Origin: Nymphaea colorata
Taxonomy: Eukaryota
Assembly: GCF_008831285.2 (NCBI RefSeq)
Contig: NC_045138.2
Location: forward strand, 30,132,001 to 30,196,000
Reading direction: 5' to 3'
DNA length: 64,000 bases
Part shown: piece by piece, positions 34,942 through 46,750 of the stretch
How the letters are laid out: every line of letters starts with the position of its first letter
Position numbering within the stretch: the stretch's first letter is position 1
Notes under the pieces: generated by a model
Database searches by the model: none
What the model was told of the DNA's origin: nothing
Seen by the model: the letters and a program-made list of their open reading frames with translations, nothing else
Program-made: the position numbers and the translations under genes

Positions 34942-37799
34942 GACAACCATTTTGTAATAAATCCTACTAGAGTTCCATATTGACGCTTGTGCAGTTCAGA
35001 TTTCCTCGTCGAATAAGGACCATTGGTTCAATAATAAGGAAGATGGCAGTCTTTACTGAGAGTATATGTTGTGAAATGTTTATTCACGTTTCAGATCAGT
35101 ATGTTATATGTATGTTTTAACGCCAAGGAGCTTCCAGCACATCGTTTCCATCTTGTGAGTGGTTTGATAACAAGTTTTTCTGGAAATCCACTTAAGCGCA
35201 ACACTGGGTGACTTGATCTGCATTATTGTAGATGATGAGTTTGACATGGTTCATCGCCTTCGAGGCCACAGATATCTTTTGTATATTTGGACAGAAGGCC
35301 ATGATTTCACAAGCTTCAAAATGCGAAAAGATTTCGGATCGTCTTATTCGGTTCCTTCTTTGTGCTTGGCATCTGTTTATCAAAGAAAGGGTGGGTGAAA
35401 GTAAAAGGAAAATGCAACAATACCCAAAAAAGAAAAAATGAAAAAAAAAGAGAGCGTCAGACCTGTGCACGAGTTAGATTTGCAAGCCGGTGTTAGTTAG
35501 ACCTCTACCAGGATATGCCGAGGCATTGCGACTCTTGACCTCCTTCAACTTGAAAATCTCTTTTTAAGTCCACTGCCAGCCCATTGAAAGGGTGGCAAAG
35601 CTTGGCTACATATCTTTTGCAGTTAAATATAAACAAATTGGTAAAAGACCTATTGGAAAATATCTATAGTTTCATCCGTATAAAAGAGTTTTTGCGAGGT
35701 CTTTCTCAACTCCGAAGGGAGTGTTTGATTACCATTGATCTTCTTTGAACTAAGACGTGATTTGAGATTCATGTATTTAAGATCAGACCTTACCCCTCTG
35801 AAAACTAAGAGTTTTTGCCAATTAAAAATAAAATGAAGATCTCAAATGTAGATCCTAGGCCTAACTTAAAGATCATTAGTTTGATTAACCATTGATTTTA
35901 GTATGGAATTTTGCTGCATCAGTAAAAAGCATGCTATATCAGACCAACGGATCTAAAACGCAAGGTAATCAAATTCATGGATCTTCCTATTTTTTCTTAA
36001 TACATTCTTTTTTGCATCACGATTACTTTTAGACCAATAGAATGGTCATATCCATGGAGAACCATAAGACTGATTCAATCTTTACTTGGAGAAGCGGTGT
36101 CTCATGTCCAAGTACTTCTTTCCAAGTGGTGACCATCATGGGCATACTTCTCGGATGAACATAATTGTTAGTATGAAGTTATGAACCTTACGTCTTTTAG
36201 ACATTCACGTTTGAAACTGGTTATAGTTAAAATTTAAATAATAATCTAGATTCAATAAGGAGTTTATCGTATGGTTCCTTTTATAAATTTGTATAATCAT
36301 TCTCTAAGAGCCCTCGTCATACCTCCAAGCCCTCTCTCTCTCTTTCTGTCTCTGAATATACAATTGTTTCTTCTGTATGGAACCTTGGTCAATTAAATTC
36401 GATGTAGTTTAAGATCAGGTTGTACATGATTCACTGGCAGCACTATTTATAAGCACAAACGACACGATGATGTGGATGAGATAACACAATAGCTTCTTTC
36501 TCTGAACATGGAACTGTTGTTTCTCAATACTAAATTCAGATCCTATTAGATTGGTAAAGTTCAAGATCAGGTTACGAAGACACTTACCATAGCATTACAG
36601 GCACAAAAAACTCACTGGGCTACTTAATGATGTGGCTCAGAAAGCAAAATTAGTGGTTTATTATTCTAAATCTTGTATAAAAAAGAAAGCAAAATCTCAC
36701 AAGCCTGGCATGTTACGGCAAGAATCTCCTCATTTTTGTGTTTACTATTTCTGGTCCTCTCTCTCTCTCTCTGTGCCTCCGTACTACTTTACTGAAATGA
36801 GCCAAAGGATTCTAAAAGAAGATAGAAGATTTGAGGTTCAAATGATATAGAATCAGTCTCATCTTTGGGAACTAGTACTTCTTATGGATTATGCTCCCCA
36901 CTTCCTAGCATCTGGGGATCTTGCTTATGCTTATGTGGTTATGGCAATTATGCTTCTAAAGAAAAAGTGAACCACACACGCTTTTCTTAAACAGTATATG
37001 GTTCAGACAAGGCATTGGTGTCCATGAGTTGGTTATTATCCAGCTCCACGTAAGGATGTACACACGAAGAATATGTGCCTTACTGAACGATTTAATCAAT
37101 TTCTATGTGAATTGATTTAAAATTGAAGTGCATTTTTAAAACTAAACCTTTATCCAACTACCAACAGATCTAACGTTTATATGTAATCAGATTCACATTT
37201 TAATTGGATTCAATAGGGGATTGGATAAATTTGACCCATTGACATAAACCAAAAACCTTTTGACGTCCTGACATAAAGCAAGGGAAATTAAAAGGCTCTA
37301 CTTGAGTTTCCACTTGATTTCTCTTTATGACAACTTGAGCTTCCACTTGAAGTTTTGATCTTCTAGATGTCCACAATAAACGCAGTGCCTTTGCATGATA
37401 ATTGATAAATATATGTTGCCCTCACATAAGTATCAACCTTAGAAACTCCTTTTAATACTCTTTCGTTGCTTAAAAGGGTAGGTCCCAATGAAAAGGACAG
37501 GAAAACAATAGCCAGCAACAAACTGGGAGAACAGCAGCCTGTGCTGCTGTGCTAAATCATAAAGTAACTTCACATCTCTACCACCAGTTAAACTTACCCA
37601 ATCATTCTTGATTCATGTTGCAGGGCTATAGAAAATGGGTACATCACTAGTGCTAATATGGTGTTGATTCAACATCAAAACTAAGCGGTTAAGATCTTCA
37701 GTCATTTTAAAAGTATGATCTGCTTAATTATGTGTTATGCTTATTAATCTCAATAGGACACCTTATCAGAAATTGGTCGGATGCAAGTCCGCAAACACA

Positions 37800-37816
37800 G
37801 AGAGAGAGAGAGGGAA

Positions 37817-37878
<62 letters not shown>
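37800..37878. repeat. (GA)n microsatellite
   Basis: Slightly interrupted GA run. Confidence 0.95.
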
Positions 37879-37879
<1 letters not shown>

Positions 37880-38067
37880 TTTGTCTGCAAGCATATATAC
37901 AAGTATCTGCATGGTGTCAATGTTTCTGTTGTTTTAATCAAGCTCTACAGATATGATTTACATAGTTGATTTGGCAACCCTTGAATCATAGGAAACTTTC
38001 ATTGAGATCATGTCATTTGGAAAATCAGTAGATGTATAAAGGACTTGAGAGGTCTATTCTTATTAAG

Positions 38068-38457
38068 TCAACCATGCAGATGTAATGAGAACAACCTAAA
38101 AGATTGGGATATAAGGGGAACTTTTCTGATTTCAACTAACGGCCGGGCACTATATTTGACATCCCTCAGGGGGAGGGATACCTTTTTTGATCTGAAAGGG
38201 TCAGACAGAAAAGGTGATAGGAGATTTGCCTTTTGAACAGTTACCTCTTTGAGCTTCAACGTGTTTACTGTTTCATTACAGATAGCGCAGTTCCTGCCCC
38301 CACTCCCCACGTATAACATCATTATGGAGATTGCTGAAAAAGTGACAAGTACAAAGAAAGATGCCCAACAAGCACAAGAAATTAAACAATAAAATTTTGG
38401 CACTGTGACAAGTTTGTTGGATGTCTCTTGTTCTGGCCGTGCTCTTTTGCATTTCAT
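38068..38457 (-). CDS. Orphan 129-aa ORF with an N-terminal hydrophobic segment (hypothetical)
   Basis: ATG start in non-repetitive sequence, hydrophobic stretch FYCLISCACWASFFVLVTFSAISIMMLYV, and a TATAAA about 220 bp upstream on the minus strand. No recognised homology. Confidence 0.2.
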   Translation of the reverse strand: MKCKRARPEQETSNKLVTVPKFYCLISCACWASFFVLVTFSAISIMMLYVGSGGRNCAICNETVNTLKLKEVTVQKANLLSPFLSDPFRSKKVSLPLRDVKYSARPLVEIRKVPLISQSFRLFSLHLHG

Positions 38458-41400
38458 GCTCCTATGGTTGGTTTCTCCCTTCTCTTTTCTTCAGTTCATG
38501 GGCTCTTCGTAAGCACCCAACACTTGTATCCTTAGGGCACCATGTAGACCACTATGGGTGCATCTAAAAACCACCTTTTTCACATAATGCGCCTTTTCAC
38601 ATTTAAAAATAGATGTCTCTAGAGGCTTATCTTTCAGTTATAATCTTAAAAAGGGCATCACCCATTTTTTATTCTTTATATGTGTACCTTAGTTTTGCTG
38701 GGAACCACCAATAGAGGCCTCAAGTCCAATGCTACCAATGATCATTTAAGAATTTCTGAGAACTCTAGAGTTTTTCATTTCTGCAGGAGAAAAGGGTATT
38801 CGTGCTATTTCCTTCAACCTGTGACTGAATTTTTAACTGGAACTATTAAGCACTGATAAAGTTAAGGCTTATTTGACAGTTCTCAGCATAAGAAGATCAT
38901 GGTAAAAAAATTGTAAGTATGAAACTCTTTCTTGGAATACAAGTAATGACAATTCTACTATTTTCAAAAGAGTTCCATGAAGAAGGATCATGTGGTGGGG
39001 GTAGAGTATTATTGCGCATGATTTGATGAAGCTATCTTCTTCTTAATTAAGAGAGATTTTATCTCTGTGAATCATGTCCTTGGACAGTGGTGTCTTGTCA
39101 CGATCTTTTCTATTTCATAAACTAATTGGGAAGGGGAAAAGTTGCTTCATTGGCCAAGTTTTTTACAGTTAGGGACAAGAGCAGGATTTTGTCGGCAGAT
39201 TTGTTTGGCTTGAGCTCTCTCCAGTGGCCATGGCACCTCCTCTTAGTGCTTCCTCTAAAACTTCTTGATCCTCGAAAAAGTTAAAATAAGGAAAAGCAGA
39301 AAAAGGGAATGAAATGTATGGACACCACATACATGAAAGTGCAAACTTCAGTTAGTTGCATGAGTAAAGAATAACCTCGAGAAAAAAATGTATGACCCAG
39401 ATACATTTTATATATTTTTGTTCGAATTCTTTGTATGTGTTTCGTTTTGGAAAATGGAAGCGCATTCTGGCAGTTGTTTATGAAAGCAAAAGTCATTATT
39501 TAATTGATACTTCAAAAGCCTAAGCACATTGCAGAAAGTGAATTATGGCATTGATCAAGTGGCAGAATAGATCATGGTTTCCTTTTGATCTATCTACTAG
39601 GTAAGTAGAAGATCGATCATGATTATCTTGTCCTTGTGTAGTTTTGATCTTGAGTTGCAGTTTAAAATTGCAAAAAAGTTTTCGCTTGAAAGATCTTCTG
39701 CTGTTAATCTAAAAGTTTGGTGGGGCACTCACAATAGGCTTTAGACTGCTGGCTGGGTGGATTGGTATTAAATCTCACGGTAAAGAAGATTTAGAGTTCA
39801 ACAACAAGGGTGTACATGATTTGCCTCAAGGCTGATGCACAAAAGCCTTTCCTGATAGGCAATGGGAAAGTGATAAAGAATTTTAGCAGGGAGGGCAAAC
39901 ATTTTTCACGGAATATATCTGAAAATCATGGTGGTTGCCTTCATCATAAAGAAAAAAGTGTTCGATGGTACGATACACTATGATGTCAACTTCTTAGCTA
40001 CAATATGTAAAGTGGCACTGACATTCGTGCTGGACAACAAGATAGATTCACAGAATCTGTCATATACAAGCTCTGTCCACTCCTAGCAGAACAAACTTGT
40101 TCTGTCCAGTATGTGGATAGTTTGGAACATGTCGATAAAAAATGGATTTTATCCAAGGCATGAATTATGAAGGTTACTGTCTGGGATCGCTGAAGTATAA
40201 GAAAAGATAATCCTTCAAATAAGCCTGATGTGATGAAACATCGTTTCAGCATAAGTTGGGACATTTAAACGTTAAACGTTTGCCTTTTCATGATAGATGT
40301 ATTCCGCCGTGATTCACCTCATAATTGCGTGCTGTCACCAAATAAATGGATCCATAGTGTGTCTAAAATGATTAGGCCGACCTTTGTCCGGTACCATGTT
40401 CATAAGTTGGAACATACTTTTTTTTTTTTTATACAGGAAACAGACTTTGAGTTAATTGTCCTTAAGTACTGCGACACTGTACTTTCTTTCATAAAGATGC
40501 TACTTCGCCTTTGCGAGGATCCTGATGGTGCATAATATTTTGTGATATATCAATTTTGTATTGAATGATTTATGTCACAATGTTTGAAAGCTTACGTCAG
40601 GAATGGGACAAACTCATGAAACTTGCTTGCCATGGATTTTGTTTTCATCACTTTGTGGCCATTTCATTTGAGCTTATTTCCTATATGTTAAAAGTTTGTT
40701 TGTTGATAGATGAAAATCGTCTTCTCACTAAGGAGCTTTATACAGATATTGACATACTTATCAATGCGGATTCTACTCGATTAGGTTTGCATTTATCTTT
40801 CTGAACTACTACACAAATCATGTAACCTGTGGAATCAATCTAGCTAGAACGTAACAATAGATTCATAGAACCATCCCTTGCATTAATTAGAACAGGACAT
40901 ATATCTGTTCTAGATAAAATTTAAATTTCAGGTCTCTATTTCTTTCAGATTACCTAATAAATGTTTAGTTTTAGGCTTTGAGCCATTCGCGGAAACTTTT
41001 CTCAGAGAGCAGAGATTGGTAGAACTTTGGTGGTAATTATAAAATAAATCGTGTTTGATTTACAAGTTCGTTCTCAGCAATTCTGTTGGAGAAACAGGGG
41101 AAGGTACCAACGTAGATTGATACTAAAGCTTTGATTATTTATAAGATTTTGTGCTTAATCTTCACTTCCCTGCATTTTCTAAGTTGCAGGATGCTCCAGA
41201 TACGCTAGTCAGCTGGTCATATTTCTCTGCACTTACTGTTCCTGATTAGCTTTCTCTTCTGCTGTAGCAATTCTTTCTCTTCTTTCAAGAATAATTCCAG
41301 TTTTTTCAGTAGAAAAAGGAAAATCTGCCAGCATCACGAATTAGATATGATTTTGGTAATCTTGAATTACTATTCTTGGCTATAAGTCAGAACCCAATTG

Positions 41401-43838
41401 TTCGTTCATCCTCAAATTTATACACTACCAAAGAATTAAAGCATAGAGGGTATTTCAAGTTAATTATGTACTTCCGTGCTATATCTGCAGAAACGGTCAG
41501 GTACAGAGTATTCTTCTGAATCTTAAATTTGTGAACTACTACAACATCCTAATCTGCCACATGTTCTGGCAGATAAGGTGTCCAAACGGACCGATGAAGT
41601 CCTGCGTCACCAATGCTCATATTAATGATTCTTTTCTCTAGAAGGAGAACTTAGGATACTTAAAATTAAAGTAAGCTAATAATCCTTGTATCCATGCACG
41701 CGATAAATCATGTGATTTTGAAGGAATATAAAAGTAAAATGACCTGTAATTTGGATTTGAATCTTTTCGCAGCACTAATGTTCTCAGATTTGCTTGTGCT
41801 GGGAATGGGGAAAAGGAGAATCGTCTTATACTACTGTTCAAATATAATATCCCTAGCATCTAACTTAAGTACCTAGACGGTTACAAACTTGCTCTTAATC
41901 ATTCCAGCCAACTTAAATTCCCTTAGAATAAAATATTGTTACTTTACCAAGAGCTTTACCTCAGTATGACACTCGCATCCCTCTGTTAGGAAAGATGATG
42001 AGAATATAGACCTATATAGCAAAATGGGAGACCCTTTTCAATTTAATAATGGCCACTATATTACTGTATGGTTCATGAATTGGAACTCTGCAATCGACTT
42101 TTCCTTTTCTGAAGCGATGCGCTTTGTGGGCATGAGAGAAAAGAAAGCCTCTTTGTGTTTCACTCCACTTCCCATGATGCAAAAATGATATTTTGGAGAG
42201 CACAAGTCCTTGGTGCCAAATTAATTAATCTCATTAATCATATATTCCTTTTTTCTTTTCCCTTCATCCTGCTTTGTTTATTTCAGACCAGCAGAAAGAC
42301 CTTGAATTTTTATATACAGTTAGATACTCTCGCATTTAAAAAATATATGATACCATGATGTTCTGAACTATTTGAAGATGGGGATTGCCAGATTATTCTA
42401 GTGTTAAGTGTAGTGCCTGATTAATAATAAAGAAACTGTCAGTTCAAGCAACAGCCGTCAAACTTTTCACAGAAGACTTGTAAAAGTGCAGGCCCTAACT
42501 AAAGCCTAGCTACTTGTGAGCTGTGAGTATTATAATAAAGATAAGAACTCTAGGCACTGAGAATGTGATACACTTGTATGGTGGCATCTCTGGAAGAACA
42601 AGATCGATGGAGGAGGAAGAGAAGGCGGGAAACTTCAAAAAGATAAGGTAGCTAATTCATAGTTAAAGCCATTGAAGAATGAACAGGAATTTCTCCGGGA
42701 AGCAGACAGCCTGGGAGCAGGACTAAGGATGCAAATAGTCTGGAACAGGCGCTGGTGTTCTGCCATTTCTGGATGTACAGGATTCAATTTTGACTCAACT
42801 TCCAATGTATGCAGTTGCCCTGCATTTGAACCATTTGCTTCCTGAAAATTAGGTGGCATTGAAAATCACTGATTCTTATGATTTTGAAGATGCATTACCA
42901 TATGTGGTATCATGGTGGATGAAGAGCCAGATACCCAATTGCAAGCTAGAAACAAAACTTTGGAAATTCTGCTCATCCTGAGCTTTTTCATGGTGATAAT
43001 GACTTGGGCAGGGTTTATATATGAAGTGACAGCTTGATGAGCTTGTCTGGTCCTTGGAGGAAAGTTCCTTGTCAACAACAAAAGCAAGATGACAATGTCA
43101 CCTCATATTAAGGTGGGTGGTAAGATGTCTTGAAATAAGTAAACTCCAATACAACCACCTGTGGTTAGTCTGTTTCACAAATCTAACCCACCGGTCTTGT
43201 GTTTGGTGTAATTTATTTGTCTGTCTTTTAGAGGAACAGATCGTGGGAGACTTAATTGCACTAGTTTAGCCTGCCATAGTTAATGGTCCAATCTGAAATA
43301 GTGTAGAACTTCAAAGTGAAGGGTCCATTGGAGCCTTACGTTTCTTCAATACAAAATATTAGATTCTATGAATAAGATGTTTTGATCTTTCCGCGATACA
43401 AACAGCCATTTGTAATTCTAGTGTTGGTTGATCAATTGTTACTCGGTTATGATTCTTGCTTAAATTTCAAAACTGGATGCCTTATGATGAGAAGAATATG
43501 GCTTATCTTAAAGATACCAAGAAACAGTGTCGTTCTCTGTGATCCTGTTTATTAAACAGTGTAACAGTACAAAAGCGCAGCTAGGTATGGCATCTCTCTG
43601 AATGGATATAAAACTATTGGCGGTTTGCTTTTAGAACTGGTGATATCTAGCTCTTTAGCTGGTGCTTGATTCTCCTGCTGCCTGACCAAATATATTCGCT
43701 TCCTTACATTTAGTCGAGTACTGCTTGAGAGAGAGACACACAGCCAATGCATCGACAAAAGAAAAGGGTGACAAAGGTGTCACCACAGAAATTTAAAAAA
43801 AAAAAAGCGAAAGAGAGAGTATGAATGGTATCGTTTCA

Positions 43839-44197
43839 GGGTTGTTTGGCAACAGTGTAGTTCATGTCCTAAGAATCTGTCATATTCATATAATACATAT
43901 AATACACACTTAAGTGTTCCATCAATTTGCTTTAATTTTTGACACAGATTCATATAACAATAAGTAGAACGGTTTGTAACTCTTCAATGAATTTACCCTA
44001 AAAGTTGAGGTAGATTCATAAAATATTTTTTTAAGGTATTTCATGAATATGTCCAAATCTTTGGGCCATATTAATAAAACAATTACATATTTGTTTGATA
44101 AATAGGACAATATATAATTGTTCAATAAATATGAATAAAAAACTAAGGCAGATTCATAAAACAATTAGATTCATAAGACACTATCACCAAATGACCC
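43839..44197. mobile_element. Tourist (PIF/Harbinger)-like MITE
   Basis: TIRs GGGTTGTTTGG ... CCAAATGACCC, with inner arms TAAGAATCT / AGATTCATA. Flanks are approximately TCA and TTA. Similar GGTGTTTG/CAAACACC ends occur at about 35717, 46027 and 58280. Confidence 0.6.
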
Positions 44198-44680
44198 ATT
44201 AGTTTTCATGTCTTTAACAATCCAAATTAGTGTCTGGAGTACCTTCTTTCATGGTGGGAGAGAACCCACTCGCACACCACTATGCTGCTGTTAGGGAGAA
44301 GGAACTTGCATTAGCATGACATTTTTTTTTGTGCGTACCCTTCTTTGCTCAGTTTTTTTTTTCTTTTCTTTTTTCTTTTTAAAAAAAATCGACAAATCTG
44401 ACAAGGTTTTGTAGATTCCACATAGTTTTCTTAATGATTTTTTTCAGTTCAATTTAAGAAATAAAATCATGCATTTCCTGACCCATCAAGTTGTGATGCA
44501 TTACGAATCATTTATTTTTGTTGCTTTTGACCATCCTTGTCGCACAAGCAAATGATGTGATTTAATACTTAAAATTTGTTTAATAAACAATATAAATCAC
44601 ATATATGAAATTATGTTGGCTATCTAGCCAATTGATGGGATAGTTACTTGGTCGAGAATACAAAGGCATATAAAACATTG

Positions 44681-44849
<169 letters not shown>

Positions 44850-45252
44850 AAGAAAGAATGTTTAGGAAAAATGCAAACTAAATAAATACGCAAACTAATT
44901 ACATTGATTATGAGTGGCTAATTAGTTTCATTATACGGTATTACGTGTAGAGTCAATTTTCAATAAAAATGATGACAATTGTAATTTGACTCTATGGTGG
45001 TCTATAAACTCTTAATTAAGTTAATCAATCATAATCAGTTGACATTGTTTTTATATTTACTTCATGTATATATATTCTATTAACTAAGGAATGTAACCTA
45101 GCTGGTCAGGTTGGTGGACCTGCAAGAGTTTGATTGTCAATAGAATTCTTGTGGATACTAGTCCAAATGCAGCTCTAAACAGGGGAGCAAGCAGGAAGGA
45201 TGGAAAGCTTTGGTCTCTTTTTTAGACGATAGTTATTCACAAACCAACCATA

Positions 45253-45439
45253 CAGGGGCGAAGTCAGGATTTTTTTTAGGGTCGGGCCAAGATGATTTGT
45301 GGGCCGGGTCAGGGTCGGGCCAAGAGGAGCGATGAGAATCGACCGGTTGGGCCAAACTAAAAAAATTTGATTTTTTCAATGTAAAAAAAAAAAAAAATCC
45401 TAGGCTCACCTGGGCGGCCTCCCCCTCCCTTCGCCCATG
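45253..45439. mobile_element. Non-autonomous hAT-type MITE (187 bp) with perfect 8-bp TSD
   Basis: TIRs CAGGGGCGAAG ... CTTCGCCCATG. TSD CAACCATA at 45245-45252 and 45440-45447. Confidence 0.88.
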
Positions 45440-46077
45440 CAACCATACGATTATAGTAAGATTGGTTATATATTTACGTGGTAAAAACTAAAAACCTGAC
45501 ATCTAGATAAGATTTTAGGCAAGTAATAGATATACTTGATCTCGCCACAAAATAAAATCGACCAGAACAATTTGAAAATATTTGTGGCTGTGGATGTAAA
45601 TATAGTATTACATAAATACATTTAAAATTTTAGATTTACACTCATTAAGATGCTCAAAACTTATCATACATAAATTATTCAATGTTTAAGTATTTGTCTT
45701 GTTCATAACATAAATTCCTTTTCATACATACATTGGGAAAGGGAATTTTTGTGATGAAAAGAAGGCAAGATACATGACTAGAAAAGGGAAGGGTCAACGT
45801 CATGGCCTGCCACACTCGTGCGCTGGAAAGTGGCAAGAAAAAGGCATTTGACTCCTTCGGACCCTTAAGGCATTTGACTCTCTCCCCACCCTCCAACATT
45901 ATTCAAGCAGCCATAAATACATAAGTTAGAACACAAAAGTTTACGTGATTTGAAAGGACCAAGCGCCTTTCTACATCTACGGCCGCAGTAGAGCTTCATA
46001 AATTCAAAAGACATTGTTTTTGTTCAGAGGTGTTTGACAGCATTGGTTTGGAGATAATTTGAGATTATGGAGAAACA

Positions 46078-46293
46078 AAGGTGGGGCTAGAATTTTTTTA
46101 ATAAAGTGGAGGAGGGGGATGAGAGACAAATTAAAGTTTTTAAATTTTGACTAAAGTCAAAATATCATTTTTTAAAATTTTTATATAAAACAAGTAAAAT
46201 TTTTTAAAATTTAAATGTAAATTTTCAAACAAAATTTTTTTTGAGGTTAGGCGATGGCCCATGCAATGCAGGCCTTACCTTGGCTTCGTCCTA
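46078..46293 (+). mobile_element. hAT-like MITE, AT-rich-core family (copy 2)
   Basis: Core CAAATTAAAGTTTTTAAATTTTGAC..AAAATATCATTTTTTAAAATTTTTATATAAAACAAG is shared with 16171 and 63480. End GGCTTCGTCCTA is TIR-like. Confidence 0.6.
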
Positions 46294-46529
46294 TAAAAAA
46301 ACATGAGTCCACCAATTTAAGATAAAACTTGATTTCTGTCTGACTTTAAATCTAGGTTTTGACTACCAAGTGAGGAACTCAAATAATCTTTTTTAAGTTC
46401 ATGTCACTTAGATTCATAATTTTTTTTTCCTTTAAATGAAAACAAAAACTACAAAAGAGTGTAATATTCATAAATATAAATTACCAACATATACCCTTAT
46501 AACAAACAGGGAAGACAGGAGGTGAGTCG

Positions 46530-46750
46530 GAGTTCATGTAACTTGAACTTGACTTGTTTATAATTCTAGTTTCTCAAGGTCCAGCTATTAAACAACTTGA
46601 GCCTGAGTGGAGCTTACATGATGAACTTGACTTGTTTATAATTCTAGTTTTAACTCAAGCTCGAGCTTGACTTGTTCATTAAACAACTTGAGCTTGAGTC
46701 GAGCTTACATGGGTGACGGCGAGTTTGAGTCGAAGCTTGACATTCCTATA
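46530..46750. repeat. Internally duplicated fragment of the GAGCTCGAG-rich MITE family
   Basis: TGAACTTGACTTGTTTATAATTCTAGTTT and ATTAAACAACTTGAGC..GAGCTTACATG each occur twice. Ends TTGACATTCCTA (TIR-like). Confidence 0.6.

Noticed and set aside
35192..37640. Scattered splice-site-like signals and short frames on the minus strand that might extend the 38068-38457 ORF
   Set aside because: They could not be assembled into a consistent, recognisable protein.
42635..43020. Possible two-exon small gene on the minus strand (42991-42935 + 42841-42635, 87 aa) behind a TATAAA; also a partial miR390-complementary stretch near 42976-42986
   Set aside because: No recognisable homology, the TATA box is too close to the ATG, and the miRNA match is only about 10 contiguous nt with no tasiARF nearby.
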